A DNA stretch of 60,940 nucleotides, counting the filler, from Sphacelaria rigidula (Eukaryota): NCBI GenBank assembly GCA_964200075.2. It is 8 parts of 8 records of this genome, joined end to end, with 100 filler letters (N's around TTAATTAATTAA, not from the genome) between each part and the next. Parts side by side here need not be neighbours in the genome. Positions count along the whole stretch, not along the records: positions 22,893 to 30,422 come from CAXNAA020014482.1; positions 30,523 to 38,052 come from CAXNAA020014483.1; 6 more parts are not named here. One strand, given 5' to 3'. The notes under the pieces are model-generated. The model was given only the letters and a program-made list of their open reading frames with translations, had not been told where the DNA came from and ran no database searches. Below are positions 23,330 to 36,274 of this stretch, piece by piece. Position 1 is the stretch's first letter; each line of letters opens with the position of its first letter. Made by a program: the position numbers and the translations under genes.

Positions 23330-26300
23330 GTTCGCGTACTGACCCTTTCCGTGTAGTAAGCTTCCCACGTCGTCTTGCTGTCGATGGGAACGATGTCCGC
23401 GAGGGTGACACCGCCCTCCCGGGCTTGCAAGTAAGGGGGCAGCAGACCCTTGTTGTGATGATGTAAAAACGATTCTAGTGCAGTCCGGGCGGCAAGACAG
23501 ATATTTGCCTGTTGGACGCCAAGCAAACGGATGGCGGTTTGAACGGACGCGACAGATAGAGCATATTATCGGGTTGGGCCAGCGTGGGGCATTTGGAGCG
23601 TCATTATCTGCCAGCGCTACCGAAAACGGTTTCAAATACGGGTGTGAGAGTTGCACAAGATGGTTCATAGTTCAGCGCACGGACACGATACCGTTTCTGT
23701 CACCGGCACATGCATTCCAAGGCATCAGCGACGTCATACCACAATCGGCTGTTGATCCACAGTGGGGAGATGACTTCGCGGGGAAATGCTGCACAAACAT
23801 AAAAGCTGACGATTTTTGTGTTTCAAATTGACGTGCCGCGACGTAGACATCGTGCGTGGGGCAACACGACGCGACTCCAGCCACTTCTGACGCACGACGC
23901 CAACCCAACCCCCATGAGTAAACGAGACCGGAGCAATGCAAAAATATCAATCTACTCCACCAGAGTGGGACTCAGCGATTGTCAAGTTTCGAACGTGTCG
24001 CCACCCGCCGTGGACGCAAGGTAACGACCCCAGAATGTGAGATGCACGCATCACTCTTCCGAATCAGGTCTACGCTCGCCTTTCCCGCGTCCGTTTCTGG
24101 GTCTAGCAGGTTCTTGGCACAGTCGAGGAAAGTGTCCAGCACCATTCCGATTGTGAAGTTGTCGTCCGCTTCTTCAGCCACTTGTGCGGCATCTGCAACC
24201 ACCTGCTTGACGAGTAGCTCCACCGCCTTCTTGTGGTCCGCTCCCACATGGAATTTGGCGCTCTTGAAGGAAGACCCGTATTTTCCTTCGGTGGTACAGG
24301 GTAGGTTCACAAAACAACAAAGATCGATCGCAGCGACATGTTTGCGTGAGCACACATTACGGGAGATACTGTGGTGATACGATATCTGTTTCGTACGTGG
24401 ACAAGGTAGAGCAACTATCGACCGCTTCTGCCTTGATTCCGGAATCTAAAAATAGACGAACGGGGGGGGCGCGTGCGGTGGAAAAGCCGTAGGCTCACTC
24501 CACCCTGATCCGCTGTGTTCTTTGGCTGGGAAACAGTCGTGCTGTATACGGAAAGTGTTCCTACGCATTCGTCCAAGTCCTTCGTGTGTGAGAGCAAGAG
24601 TCACGCGGGATGTATTGATAAAGCCGTTCAGCACAGCCTTGTGCCCTCGAACTCTTCACTCTTCAGCAAACCGTAACTTGGTTCGTCAATATTTTGCGGA
24701 ACTCATCACTCGCCAGACTGCCTCTACATTCATAATGTACCTCGCTGAAACGAGTCAGCTCCTCACATCCCATACTCGGGTCCATATCCCTTGGCTATTC
24801 TTGTTTTTCGTCATTATTCGATAACCCCCTCTTCCTCGGGAAGGGCATGTCGTCTTGAGGGATCCATCAATCTCTCTACCGGGGGTGGATCAGCTCTCCC
24901 ACATCGCGGCGACGTTCTATAACAGTGAAAAAACAAATCTATTCACGTCCTCCCGTTTTCAGACGCGAGTCAGATACTCTCGAGAAAAAGCCATGTAAAA
25001 ATTCACCCGCTGGGAGTCGAACCCCAACTTCGACCTAACCCGTTGGGATGTATCCAGCAAAACACCCGGACTCGGCACCCGCACACCGTGGGGAAACGGG
25101 GGGGAGGGGGGGGGGGGGCAGAACAGTTATGCTTGTCTTGGATCTTCCTTGATATGATGCAGAAAGTACTTGTAACCAAGCGCACACCAATACCCCCCTA
25201 CGCATATGTTTTGCGCGAGACTTCATTCACCGAAGTCATGTGGCTGGCAGAGGCCAGCCATTTTTAGGGGGATAGGACTGCCGTTGTTCTGCTCTGATCT
25301 TTCTTTTTCCTTTTTCTTCTGTCATTCTCCTTTCGTGGTCTACTTTGTTCTACCTTCTTTTCTCCCTTCAATTTTTTTTTCCCGCGAGTGTTTCCATTTT
25401 GTCTTCATTTCGGTTATGTCCATCATGTGACCACGGCTGAATTACTGGCGGATCAATTAAAAATCGAAGTGCCACAGTCAATCAACCCGTCAATCCGTCG
25501 ATATGTTTACGAGGACGCACAACAGCAGTGATGATAGCGTCATCGATTCAAGCGGGCACGGCTGGTGACACATCCGCGCACCGTTCTGTGGGACCAAGCG
25601 AACATCGAAGCTTTCACAAACGGCAGAATGTATCGTATCAATGAAGGCTGCGTTGGGTATGTATACCTCCCGCCCTCTCCCTTTCAGCCCTGGGAGTCGG
25701 TGTCGGATCATCAACAGGGGCAAGGAGATTGCACAGTCGTGGTCTCGCCAGAACTAGTCCACAGCCCACGCATGGAATGGTAAATACAAGTAGATATCCG
25801 AGCTTCCAACAGTCGGTATGACCAATCGGTCTAGTAGGGTGCAGGCATCCTGGGTAGGGCACCTCGCATTTCGAGCAGCAGCTGTCTCTTTCTCCTCTCA
25901 TCTCCCTGTGCTGCAAAGCAGACTCTGACTGTGGGGAAAAGGGCGAGCGGAGATCAGCTGTGGCTCTGAACAAACCATTGATGCCCCGACCCTCTGCTAC
26001 CATGATTTCCGAGATGAGAGCTGACTGTTCACGATGCGTGCACAGCGTGTGAAAATGGGTCGACAGGCACGGATACCAACGCCACTCTGACGGTCTGCCC
26101 CCACCCCTGTTTCGCGACGTCTACCAAAAAGGAAGAACAACTGGGCGCGGGCTACACAGCGCAGCACGGGCAGCGCAATGTACATGTGGATAACGGGACG
26201 TCTTAATCGAAGCGAAAAATCACCTCTCTGTTGAAGCACTCTTCGGCTTTCAACTTTGGTGCGGCGTCGATTATTCACGTCCAACTCGTATCAAATGGAA

Positions 26301-28500
26301 GCTCTCGTCAAGGGGGGTTTTCCAACGCACACATTCGAACCAGTGCATGCCGTGAGTCCAGGGCTTCACATTCAAAGCACGCGTGAAAATAGTTCAAGGG
26401 CTTGTCGGGTAGGGTGTACAGTACCTGGTATTTTGATTCTTTGAAAAGTCGTACAGTTTGGACGAGAATTTCCGTACTTTTCCTAAGACCACGAACACAC
26501 GAGATGGTGGTGCCGGCATCCCTGTGAGCAAAGCTTTTGATCAACACCTGCCTCGTGCTGTCAAACGACGCCCCACAGGGCCTACCAAACCAAAGAGGAG
26601 GGCGTCTCGGTTTGTCTCGTCACCGCCCATTTCCTCTGAGCTTTCTATACAAGAAATGTACTTTCTGCTGTAGACCCGGTGCAACAACGCGTTCGGCAAG
26701 CACGCCGGGCGACGAAGTCGTGGCGCAGCACACAAACACACATGGGAAGCACACGCTCCGATACACAAACGAATTTCCAGGCTCTGTTGCCGACTAACTT
26801 GTCTACAGCGCAGGAGGGCTCTGGTGTATGGAGCTCGAAATCTTCTCTGTGACCTCTCCGAGCCGCGGCAAGCCTGAAAAAAAAAGCTCCGAACTTTGCA
26901 CCAAAACAATTGGAGCACAAGACTTTTGGGGCGAAGATCTGGGTTATACGTTTTTTTTTGCCAACTCTTCAATGATGAAAAAATAGTTACAGGGGTTCTC
27001 GTTTCTTCAGAGAATTGATCTCCGCGACCGTAAGCATGGGATCTACAAGTCAAAACCACGAGTGAATAATCTTGATTCGTGCACTGGCTGCACCACTGTG
27101 ACGTTGCACCTATGATGCCGACCAGACCTCCGGGGTATCAGCTACACCACTCTGTGCTAGCAGTCAGCAAAACGAGGTGTCGAGTCATACACAGCAACAC
27201 CCTACTGCGCGCACGTAAAGAACTCGCCTATTGCTCTGCGCACAGTCGCCTGTATTCATGGTCCGAGACATCAATAAGCATAAAATGGACTCAATTCCCA
27301 CCTTACGCGTACCGTGAACTGACTGTACATACCCTGAACATATGGTTTCAGAGGGGTGAATATGGAGCTTCGAGTGTTCAGTTCTCGTGCACAGCATCAA
27401 AGTTTGCTGCCTGGACTCAGGAAACCAATGAATGCACACACCACGTGAGCCACATCTCCAGAAACATCGAGCAGGCGATGCTTCAGGTCACTAACCCTTG
27501 CATTTTTTTTCAGCAAATAGTCGCAAACGAAAACTGAGTATTATGTTTTGTGGCACAAGCTACGTCATACGTCTTCGAGTAAGTTTACTGCGTATGACCC
27601 CACCAATCCCACCCACCTAGAAACTTGAACTTGAGGTTTCCTTGGCCGTTGTCCTTGCTTCGGAAGCGCTCCTTCACGAACTGGAAGCTGGCGTTAACCA
27701 CATGCGACTCGAGAATGTCTTCACAGAGCGTCCTTTCACTGTTCTCCACGTTCACCGGAACGGTTACAAACTTCGGCGCCGAACGGGCCGCCAGTACAAC
27801 CAAGAACGCAGAGCTAGATACGACGGCTGAGAAGTCTTTGATGTGGCGATTCTCGTGTGGCGTGTTCCGCAGAGTAGGCGCTACAGCACGCCCGGGACCG
27901 GAGCCGAGGTCGGCGTTGGGCATCCTCTGAAACGAGGATTTCCGTGGCAGTCAGACGGCGCGCAATGCATGTGGCAAACCCGTGAGAGTGGTCAACAATG
28001 GTGCTACCAACACAACGAATACCAACACGACGGCATGAAGGCATCCGCCAAAGTCATCAAATCCTGCAGCATTGCCACACGAGGACGGATGTGCGGTAAG
28101 CGTGGCCAACAGGTGTTCACGTAGTTCACACAATAATCGCCGATTCGTATCTTCATCATAGTGGGGAGGGACAAACAGACAAGATAGATGGACATATAGA
28201 CAGTCAGACAGAGAGAGGGCTCACCGCGAACATGGAGAAGCCGACGTTTTGCAGAATGTTCAAGCAGACGTTTAGCTGCTCGGAGCGGGTGGCCTTGTTT
28301 GCCGCAAAATAACTCTGCACGCGAGCCGTATAGGTCAAGATGCGTTGCTCCTGCGACTGGTCCACATGACAGGCGCAGACGCCAGAGTTGCGGTGAATGG
28401 GTACCCGCAGCCAACAAGTCGGCTCGAGAGTGGGGGAAATAGCGTTTTTCTCGAGCGCATCGCTGCTGCAGTATGAGAGAACGACCAACACCTACTGAAT
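23330..28500 (-). pseudogene. Decayed KDZ (Kyakuja-Dileera-Zisupton)-type transposase with upstream cysteine clusters
   Basis: Minus-strand fragments in the expected order: Cys/His clusters (VCACH; SCGN..GCLHA; ACFEC...RH; CCSKC...IPCVGC), then AGVASCCPTHDVYVAARQFETQKSSAFMFVQHFP, a frameshift, LWYDVADALECMCR, and ...LESFLHHHNK. These resemble the G..C.HG / ES...FP / YDxxCxL core. Many stops. Confidence 0.45.
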
Positions 28501-30534
28501 CTTGCAGTTCACGGTCGGGCAAAAAAAAGTGCCGCGTGCGCATGAGGCACGATCGCAGTACACTGTGTAAGTAAGATGCTGTGTGAATTGAGACAACCGT
28601 CTGTATCTTGGTGTTTGAATATCGGCTTTTTTCGCAATTACGGTACAACATGTGACGGTTCAACGAAACATGAACGATGAAACCGTTCCATCGTTCGGTG
28701 CATAGTTTGCGTTGCATAATATCCATCATTCAGGCAACGTGTTAGACGGGGTGTTGAGGTAAAAAACGTGCCACCATGGTTGGTCACAGCAAGATACTGC
28801 AGGGAAGTAACTACTCCACGTCGCTTGCAGTAGATGTAGTGTAGAAGCTGGCGAGACTACCGCGGGTCAGTAGCGAATTGGATCAGATGACACAACCTGC
28901 AGTGAGGAACGTATTCCCAGTGACCCACAAATGATTTGGTTGCAAGAGCGATCGCAGCGTGGGTGATGTGATATCAATCCCCCATCGCTTTCACTCCACT
29001 TTTCCTATCTCTCTCCACTCTCCTCGCTCATTTGCTTTGAGGAGTGACAAGGTTTTCTTCTGTTTTGGCCAAGGAGGCCGTAAACATCATCTCACTTCTG
29101 TCTTTTTTCTGTAAGACGCAAGCGGGAAAGCACAACTCGCAAGCGAGTACGACGCTGTATGCAGGAAAACATAACGCCGGATAAATTACCCCGTCGTATC
29201 GATCCCGTGGCTCCCCGTCCCACGCGCTGTTCTCGAAATGATCGTTCATGTTCCTCTCCCTCAAATCTTCGCCGTTTGTTCGTCTGCGTTTTCCGCTTCC
29301 GCCACTGCTTCCGATTGATCCTTCCCAACCGGCGACCGCAGCTGCGTCGTACTGTTGACATTGAATGCATTGAGGATACACGAGTTCACGTCAATAACAC
29401 GTCTCAACATAATATTTCAGCCCGTGCTCTTTTTGCGGTATCACGTGTTTTAAATGCACAATCGCTGCTGCCCGGTGGTCCGAATGCTACACCAATAGCT
29501 AGTCAAGGCGGAAGCTCCGAGTTCAAATTTCCACAGACGCGATCTTTTTTCCAATATGATCTGACTTCCGCCGTTCAAGGCGTGAGGACACGAGTAGCGA
29601 AGAACATTTCAAGAATATCCCAACATTCGACGAGAGTCGACGGGGCGCGGACTGCTGATGCAATCCTCGGTAACAAAAGAGCACGGCACACTTTCAGCAC
29701 GCACCTGTTTTTTCAGTGACAAACAAAGTTCGTGCGGCTTGTAAGCTGCCTGATTTTCACTCGTCAGCAGAGTATCCAACGAAGCATGCGCAGGTACGTG
29801 AAAATCGCAGATTAGGAGGTCACACAACAGTGTCACACGATAATGTGGTCATGTACGACGCGAGTCAGAGCTCTGCTGCGATCATAAGGGCCACGGAAGC
29901 AACATAGGGGTAGCGTTTGTCCTCCGTCTACTTATTCGTCGTACCTGCTCCTAATTCAAACTCCAACTCACAACCCATCGAAGATCGGTGTACAACAGCG
30001 CGACTTGAAGCCTGCGATGTTCACGTATTTGCACTGGCATCTAATTTTCAACCTCTACACCCAAAAAGTATCCGCCAGGACTGCCCCTCATGGCCGGTAT
30101 CGGGGGGAGATGGGTTGATCCCTCAAGATCACGGACTTGTTCCGAGCAAAGGCATGCTCGAAGGTACATGGATAAATGAACAGAAAACGCTCGTCACAAG
30201 GGCACTGGCGTGTGTCTGTATCTACTCTGCTGCCCTGAATCCCTTGGGCATTTTTCTTCTTTTAATTATTTGATTCGATTTTTGTTTTCCTGCTCCATTT
30301 TGTTTTCGGTCGGCCATCTCTTTCTGTATTTTGCTTTCTTTTTTTTTTTTTTTTTGGTCTTTTTCATTTTGCCCGTTCTTTTGCACTTTTTTTTTTGCTT
30401 TTTTTCCTTCGACGGAGTTTTTNNNNNNNNNNNNNNNNNNNNNNNNNNNNNNNNNNNNNNNNNNNNTTAATTAATTAANNNNNNNNNNNNNNNNNNNNNN
30501 NNNNNNNNNNNNNNNNNNNNNNCACCGGGCGCTA

Positions 30535-31746
30535 CAGGCTGGGCCAGCCTACAAGCGTATTTGTACTTTGCAGGCGAATTCGCATTTTGTTTCTTGGAGT
30601 TTGACAGTGAAATTTGGTACGGACAATCAACAGGGCATGAAGAGTAGCTGTCTGTGAGGTCCCGAAGTTTTTTTTTTTTCTTCATGAATTAAGGGCATTT
30701 GACTAAAACCACCTCAAAACTGACTATTGCCCGCAACTCATGAAAAAAAAAAAAACTTTGGGACGTCACAGCCAGCTTTTCTTCATGCCCTGTTGATTGT
30801 CCTTACCAAATTTCACTGTCCAACTCCAAGAAAATAAATGCCAATTTACCTTCGAAAAACCGGACCGGCGGGGATTCGGAACAGTATTTTGCAGGCCGTT
30901 TACACTATCGGCCCACGTTTGGTGTTTGTGGGTTGAAACTTTGTGCGGGACCTCGCTAGGGCATGATGAACAAAGAAAAATGGGTGCGGTTGACTTTGAT
31001 TCTGATTTTTCACTGATTGAGGGCGTTTTAGTATGGTAACGACCATTTGTTTTACGAGAACGCCCGAACCTCTCATGAAAAAAAAGAATGAAGGCCCATT
31101 TTTGTTTTTACTCAGCATACCGCTGTCGTTCTCCATGCCAAGTTTCAAATCATAATTCTAAAAATGGAGCTGAAAAATTGAGATGAGGCCCAAAAGCAAT
31201 GTTCATTTCTCCTCAAACCTCCCCTAAAAACCCGCAAAAAGACGAAAACCCCCCGAAAAAGCCGTGTCTTTTTGTTTCATTATGCACGGGCGGTTCTCCG
31301 TACCGAGTTTCATAGCACAACTCTCAAAAGCTGAGACGCAATATCCAGATTCAAGTCATCTATCGCCCCCGCTCGTAATATACTGATGTTAGTATGGAAA
31401 TATTATGTGCGCCATATCTCGAGAGAGATTACGAACTAGGTGAAGGTGAGGGTATCTATCGTCTCCCCGTGCTCCAGGGAAGACCCACAACAAAAATCGT
31501 CATCCGCTTCATTGATCGTTCGGGGTTTCATATAGATTCTAGTGTGGACGCTATCTCCGGTAGGTATAGGAATTACTAGGCATGGAGTTTAATCGACGAG
31601 AAAAAATTGGCCTAGGTTTTCGAGCAAATGGGCACCTTCCCCTTGATAAGACGATTGATATGATATGCGGATCACGGCCCAACTCGTCTGTGTCGTTGAG
31701 ATATCGCTTCGAGAGCTAAAACCCGCTTTGAGGCTGGCCCAGCTCG
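30535..31746. mobile_element. Tc1/mariner-type non-autonomous element, family A
   Basis: TIRs (TA)CAGGCTGGGCCAGCCT ... AGGCTGGCCCAGCTCG; internal hairpin ~30590-30835; ends shared with 42233-43111, the copy starting at 52237 and the copy ending at 39961. Confidence 0.8.
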
Positions 31747-32299
31747 AACAGTACAGCAGTGCTCATTGATACATGGAAAATGACGTTCGTATTGTTTCTT
31801 CTGTTTTTTTGCCCTCGGCTCTTGTTGTCCGTGCGATCATTTCGAGCTGTCGCTTGGTGCATAGCTCTGACTGGTGACCGAGAAGAACAACGGCTTTTGA
31901 ACTTTTCTGAGGGAGCTCCGATCTCGTCATGAGACTCTCTCAATGTTTACTCTTTTTCTCATCTCTTTACCTTCAGTGATTCTCCTTTTTCTGCATGGTC
32001 AACCTCCGGTATATTGTTGTTATCTTGCTCTCAATGGTTGGACGAAAAACGGACAATTTGTCTCCGTCGGCGACCATACCACTTGACTCTTTGATGGCTG
32101 AACTTCTCTTCATTTGTATCCTGAATAGTGGATACCAATTTCACCGCTGGTCGTTTTTGCACCTCAATTTGTTGAAGAACTCGCAATAATAACCGAGACA
32201 TGGACGCGCGTTACTGATTAGAGGCCACCGTGGTACAGGGCGATGCACATTTGCTGTAGGTCCGTTTTCACACCTGTCGCGCAAAGCACAGGTTACGAC

Positions 32300-33776
32300 A
32301 TCATTCTAAGATGAGGCACTATGCGAATAGCAATCGTCACCTTCCGCTGGAACCAATGCATGCTTCATGGATACTTTAAGAGACGGACTTCGCATATCCG
32401 ACCTCAGACACGTGTCGTAGGCAATACTTGCGGTTCACACGACGATTGATTGCTGAAACTACGGGTAACCCATTTGACACGTCGGCCATACTCGCAGCTC
32501 CAAAAGTCAAAGCGGCTCTATTTCACGGGGGGTTACCTGGTATCGGGGCGTCTCTCCCAGTGCCCGATAGGCGTCGGTCTTCTTGACGACCTGCGCCTTC
32601 CCCACCAAGGCCGTCATTTTCGAAAGGTCCATCGCCGCGTCTAGGACGCAGGATATCATGGAGGAGGCAAAGAAGCAGTTGCCATCACCTCGCGTGTGGA
32701 TAAGAAGTTGCCCGAACCACGGTGTCACCCGCTCCACACCCGGGTGACTGCCGTTGAACAGCCTCTCCACGTCCTGAAGAAGCGTCTGCAAAATGCATGG
32801 CGTACGGTAGTCGTCGCGGGTCAGTGCAAAGAGTCGGCGGTCGAGATCCGCCAACATGAGCAAGTAGCTTATAAAGCGATCAGACTTCGACGTGTAGACA
32901 AATGGCTTCGATGGCCAGACACAGTGGTCTATAAAACAACTCAAAAACACCACCGGAGGGCCATTGTCACACTACCTGCCCTCCATCAGCGTAGGTACCG
33001 CGGACACCCCTGCTTTCACTGCTCCAAAGCAGGCATCTTTGTCACCCCGGGGCACTACCTCGCCGGAACGCTTGATTTTCCAAGCTATACACGGACGCTA
33101 GAGGCATCGGTACCGGGACGAGCGTGTAATTCCACGGGCCTGGTCATCTTGTCACCTACCTGGCTTCCCGTCTAAAAGTTCTTGGACGACCGATATTTTT
33201 GAGAGCTGCTGTACTTGGCGTGTTAGGCAGAGGTTTTCCGCTATTGCACATGTTTTCAGGCCCACCTTTTCTGCCCTACAGGCGACTTGGTTACGTACGC
33301 TACGATGGAGAAGATCCCCCGTCTCGAGGCAAGAGATGGCTTGGAATACTGTCGCCACTTTCGAACAAAACGAGGTATCGAGTAGGCGGAGAGGGATACA
33401 CAGCCAACTACCTCCAGACGAATGCATTGATACAAGTCACGCACAAAACAAAAGCAAGATAATAACATATACTGTACCAAACACGAAACGAACAGTGAAA
33501 ATAAACCCCTCCGAAGAAAGATGTGGCCCATCAACAGTATCTCGCGTGTTGCAGATCAGCACCACGCCATACGTTGCAAGGCGCAATGTCCCGTACCTTC
33601 ACCCCGGGCCCATTGGGACCCAGTCCTCCGACACACGTAGCCGCATTGCCTACGTCCTGTCGCCCACTCCCCGACCCTTTTGCAGAACCACGGTACGGTC
33701 TTCCACCTGCTCCTATCGGACCACCGCGCGGTGCCTTGTCTGTGCTGGCACCGCCGACACCTCCCTTGGAGACCTG
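32300..33776 (-). pseudogene. Disrupted gene with an otubain-like OTU cysteine-protease motif
   Basis: LIHTRGDGNCFFAS at 32695-32669 matches the OTU catalytic Cys box (RxTRGDGNCF in otubains). The flanking frames carry stops. A clean Gly-rich exon-like segment lies at 33776-33597. Confidence 0.5.
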
Positions 33777-34046
33777 AAATGTGCAGCGGCGGGAGGGGCG
33801 GAGCACCATTCAGTCAAGATGTACTGTTCTACACTCTGCACGTTGTTGATATGATTGTACCGTTTTATGTAGCACGAATATCATATGTTGTACCAAACAC
33901 GAAACGGACAGTAAAAACGAACGCCTCCACAGCAAGATGCGGCCCATCAACAGCATCTCGCGTGTTGCAGATCAGCACCACGCCATACGTAACAAGGCGC
34001 AACGTCCCGTACCTTCACCCCGGGCCCATCGCGATCCAGTCCTCCG
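33466..34046. repeat. Direct duplication of ~165 nt (33466-33630 and 33882-34046)
   Basis: tgtaccaaacacgaaacg.acagt...cccatcaacag.atctcgcgtgttgcagatcagcaccacgccatacgt...cccgtaccttcaccccgggcccat...ccagtcctccg occurs twice. Confidence 0.9.
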
Positions 34047-34600
34047 GTGTAAAGGCAACGACAACCTCTGGTGGTTGGGCCAGACGCACTCCGCTAACCT
34101 GGTTTCTGCCGACACATACATCTTGCACTTCATCGATGACCCTGGACCCATCCAGCTCAAGCTTCGGCCAGCACTATACACCATCAGCTCATCTGCACCA
34201 CGCGGATCCTGGTGTCTTCAGCGACTCAAGTCCAAAGGCTCAAGTCCAAAGGACTTCGCCGCGGTATCCAGCGCAACATCGACCACACCCCCGACGTCCA
34301 CGTATCGCTGTGAACCACGCCCCTTCACCCAATTTTTCTTCCCTTCTTTAGTATTTTGCCCTCCCTTCTTCGCTAGGACCCGACTCTACGACATCCACAA
34401 AAATACCACTTATATCGGACGACGATCGGAGACTACTAGGAGCCACCCACCATCTACGACGACTGGAGCTCTAGTACTACACCCCCTTTCGGGTGGCGCT
34501 TGATCTCGTAGGATCACCGATTTTCAGATTTTGATTCCCTTGCTTCCGACCAATGTATGTTGGTCGCTACTGATCTTGCCGTCTTTTCTTTGGAATCATC
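34047..34600 (+). mobile_element. LTR-retrotransposon pol C-terminal fragment and probable 3' non-coding/LTR sequence
   Basis: KGNDNLWWLGQ...YILHFIDDPGPIQLKLRPALYTISSSAPRGSWCLQ resembles the WWLG..FLDDPGP..GSWCLQ domain that I recall at the end of brown-algal LTR pol proteins. Not database-verified. Confidence 0.55.
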
Positions 34601-36274
34601 CAGGTAGAAGCTCTGCTCCCTGTTGTTTTCCCCTTCGTTTTAATAGGACCCCGAAGCAATTTGTGCCTCTTCGTTGATCGCTAGCACGCAGAAGCAGTTT
34701 GTGCTCCCGCGTTTTTTTATTGATCGATTTATTGCCGCACTTTAACTGACCCCCCAGGGGTCTAGCCGTGGTTTCATGATATACGTACCCAAGAAAACGA
34801 AACTAAAACACGCTCTGAAAAAAAGAAGGAACAGAAAAAAAAATCGAACAGAACGACATAGCAGACTAAGTCGTAACAAAAAAAAAGTAATAAAAAAAGA
34901 CAATACAAGCAAAGCACAGAAAGAAATGGCCGACCGAAAACAAAAAAAAGGAAAAGAAGAGGAAAAGCGTTTCGAAGCAGTTTTTTCTGCTCCTCGAAGC
35001 AGTATATGCTTTCCTTATTTTTGAGGTGTGGGAGTGGGTACGGGAGTGTTTCCTTAGGTGTGTCTTATTAGCCGCTCATGACTTCACGAGTAAAGAAAAA
35101 CCTTAGTTTTCGCTGCTTTTGAGGATAAGTCCTCGCAGCTGTAAAAAAGATTCGTCTAGGTGGGTTAGTGTCATGAGGAGCATATTAGCCTGTTGTCATG
35201 CCACCTCAGACCCGTTGACGGGTCCAGCTAGATTGCATTGCATTTCATGTTATTTCAAGACTGCAGGTCTGTTCAGAGTGGTCAGATACGGGTATGAACT
35301 CGTATTTAGCGAGGGATGATAACCGATAGGACCGCCTTTGGAGATCACAACGCTCCATCCCGGCAAGAAACCTCTCACACCTCGGTGAGACTGATTGATT
35401 GGGTGAGAGAGATTGAGTACTGAGAGTGCTTAGGAGATCAAGGGTTAAGAATCAAGAAGATATGGTATAATGCCTACGCGTGGAACTAACTCTGATACCT
35501 TGGATACATGAAACAAAGGAACGCTGTCAGCGTTATTTGGTACGCTGCAGAGTTGTTCTGCCTCACAGCTTGGTTGTTAGGCCTCTTGTTTCATCCTCTT
35601 GCCTTGCCCAGTAAGGTGTGGTGCCATACACACGGCCTAACCTAATTACAAGCGGCGGAACTTAGCGGAGCACGCGGAAGTGAGGCAGTGAATGGGGCGC
35701 GGCATTTCAACGGCCTGCAGTGATAGGCGGTGCTGCACATGGAGGGTGAGCGGCGATGCATGGTCGATCAAGCGCAACGGAAGTGGCGGGAGGAGGAACT
35801 GCCACAGAGAACTGTTCTCGTACCCGCCTGCTTCTATCACTTCCGCACGGATCGAGATCGACGCTCACGACGCAAATTGGGCCGAGTCAAGGTCAGACAA
35901 CGCGTGCCCCTCGAAGTCGCTCCGGGGGGGCGAACACATCGATCATCCCTCTGCTCTGCACCACCACAGATTGTCTCGGCGGATAACGGTTAGTGTTCAA
36001 GCGCAGCCTACCACGAGAAGCCACCGTCAGGGCGCACAGGAACGGGAGTGGATACGGCGGAGAGGCTAGTGGTAGGTGGCCGGTTTGCCGAGGAAACAGA
36101 TGGCGGTAAGACTGGAGAGACGTCATTTATACAGGTGGGTACAGGGGATGCGTGGAGGCGTGGTGATCAGTCGCCGCCAATCCAACTTTCCGGGGCAAGC
36201 TCGCGATACTGCACAAGTCTATCAGGCGCCAAGTGTTGCTCTGTTGTCTTTACCGTGGCACTATACATCTGCCT

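Noticed and set aside
33480..34046. In-frame TGA shared by both duplicated copies (MGPG*RYGTL), a possible selenocysteine
   Set aside because: The same bases read better as GTG AAG|GTACGG, a splice donor in another frame. No selenoprotein motif or SECIS was recognised.
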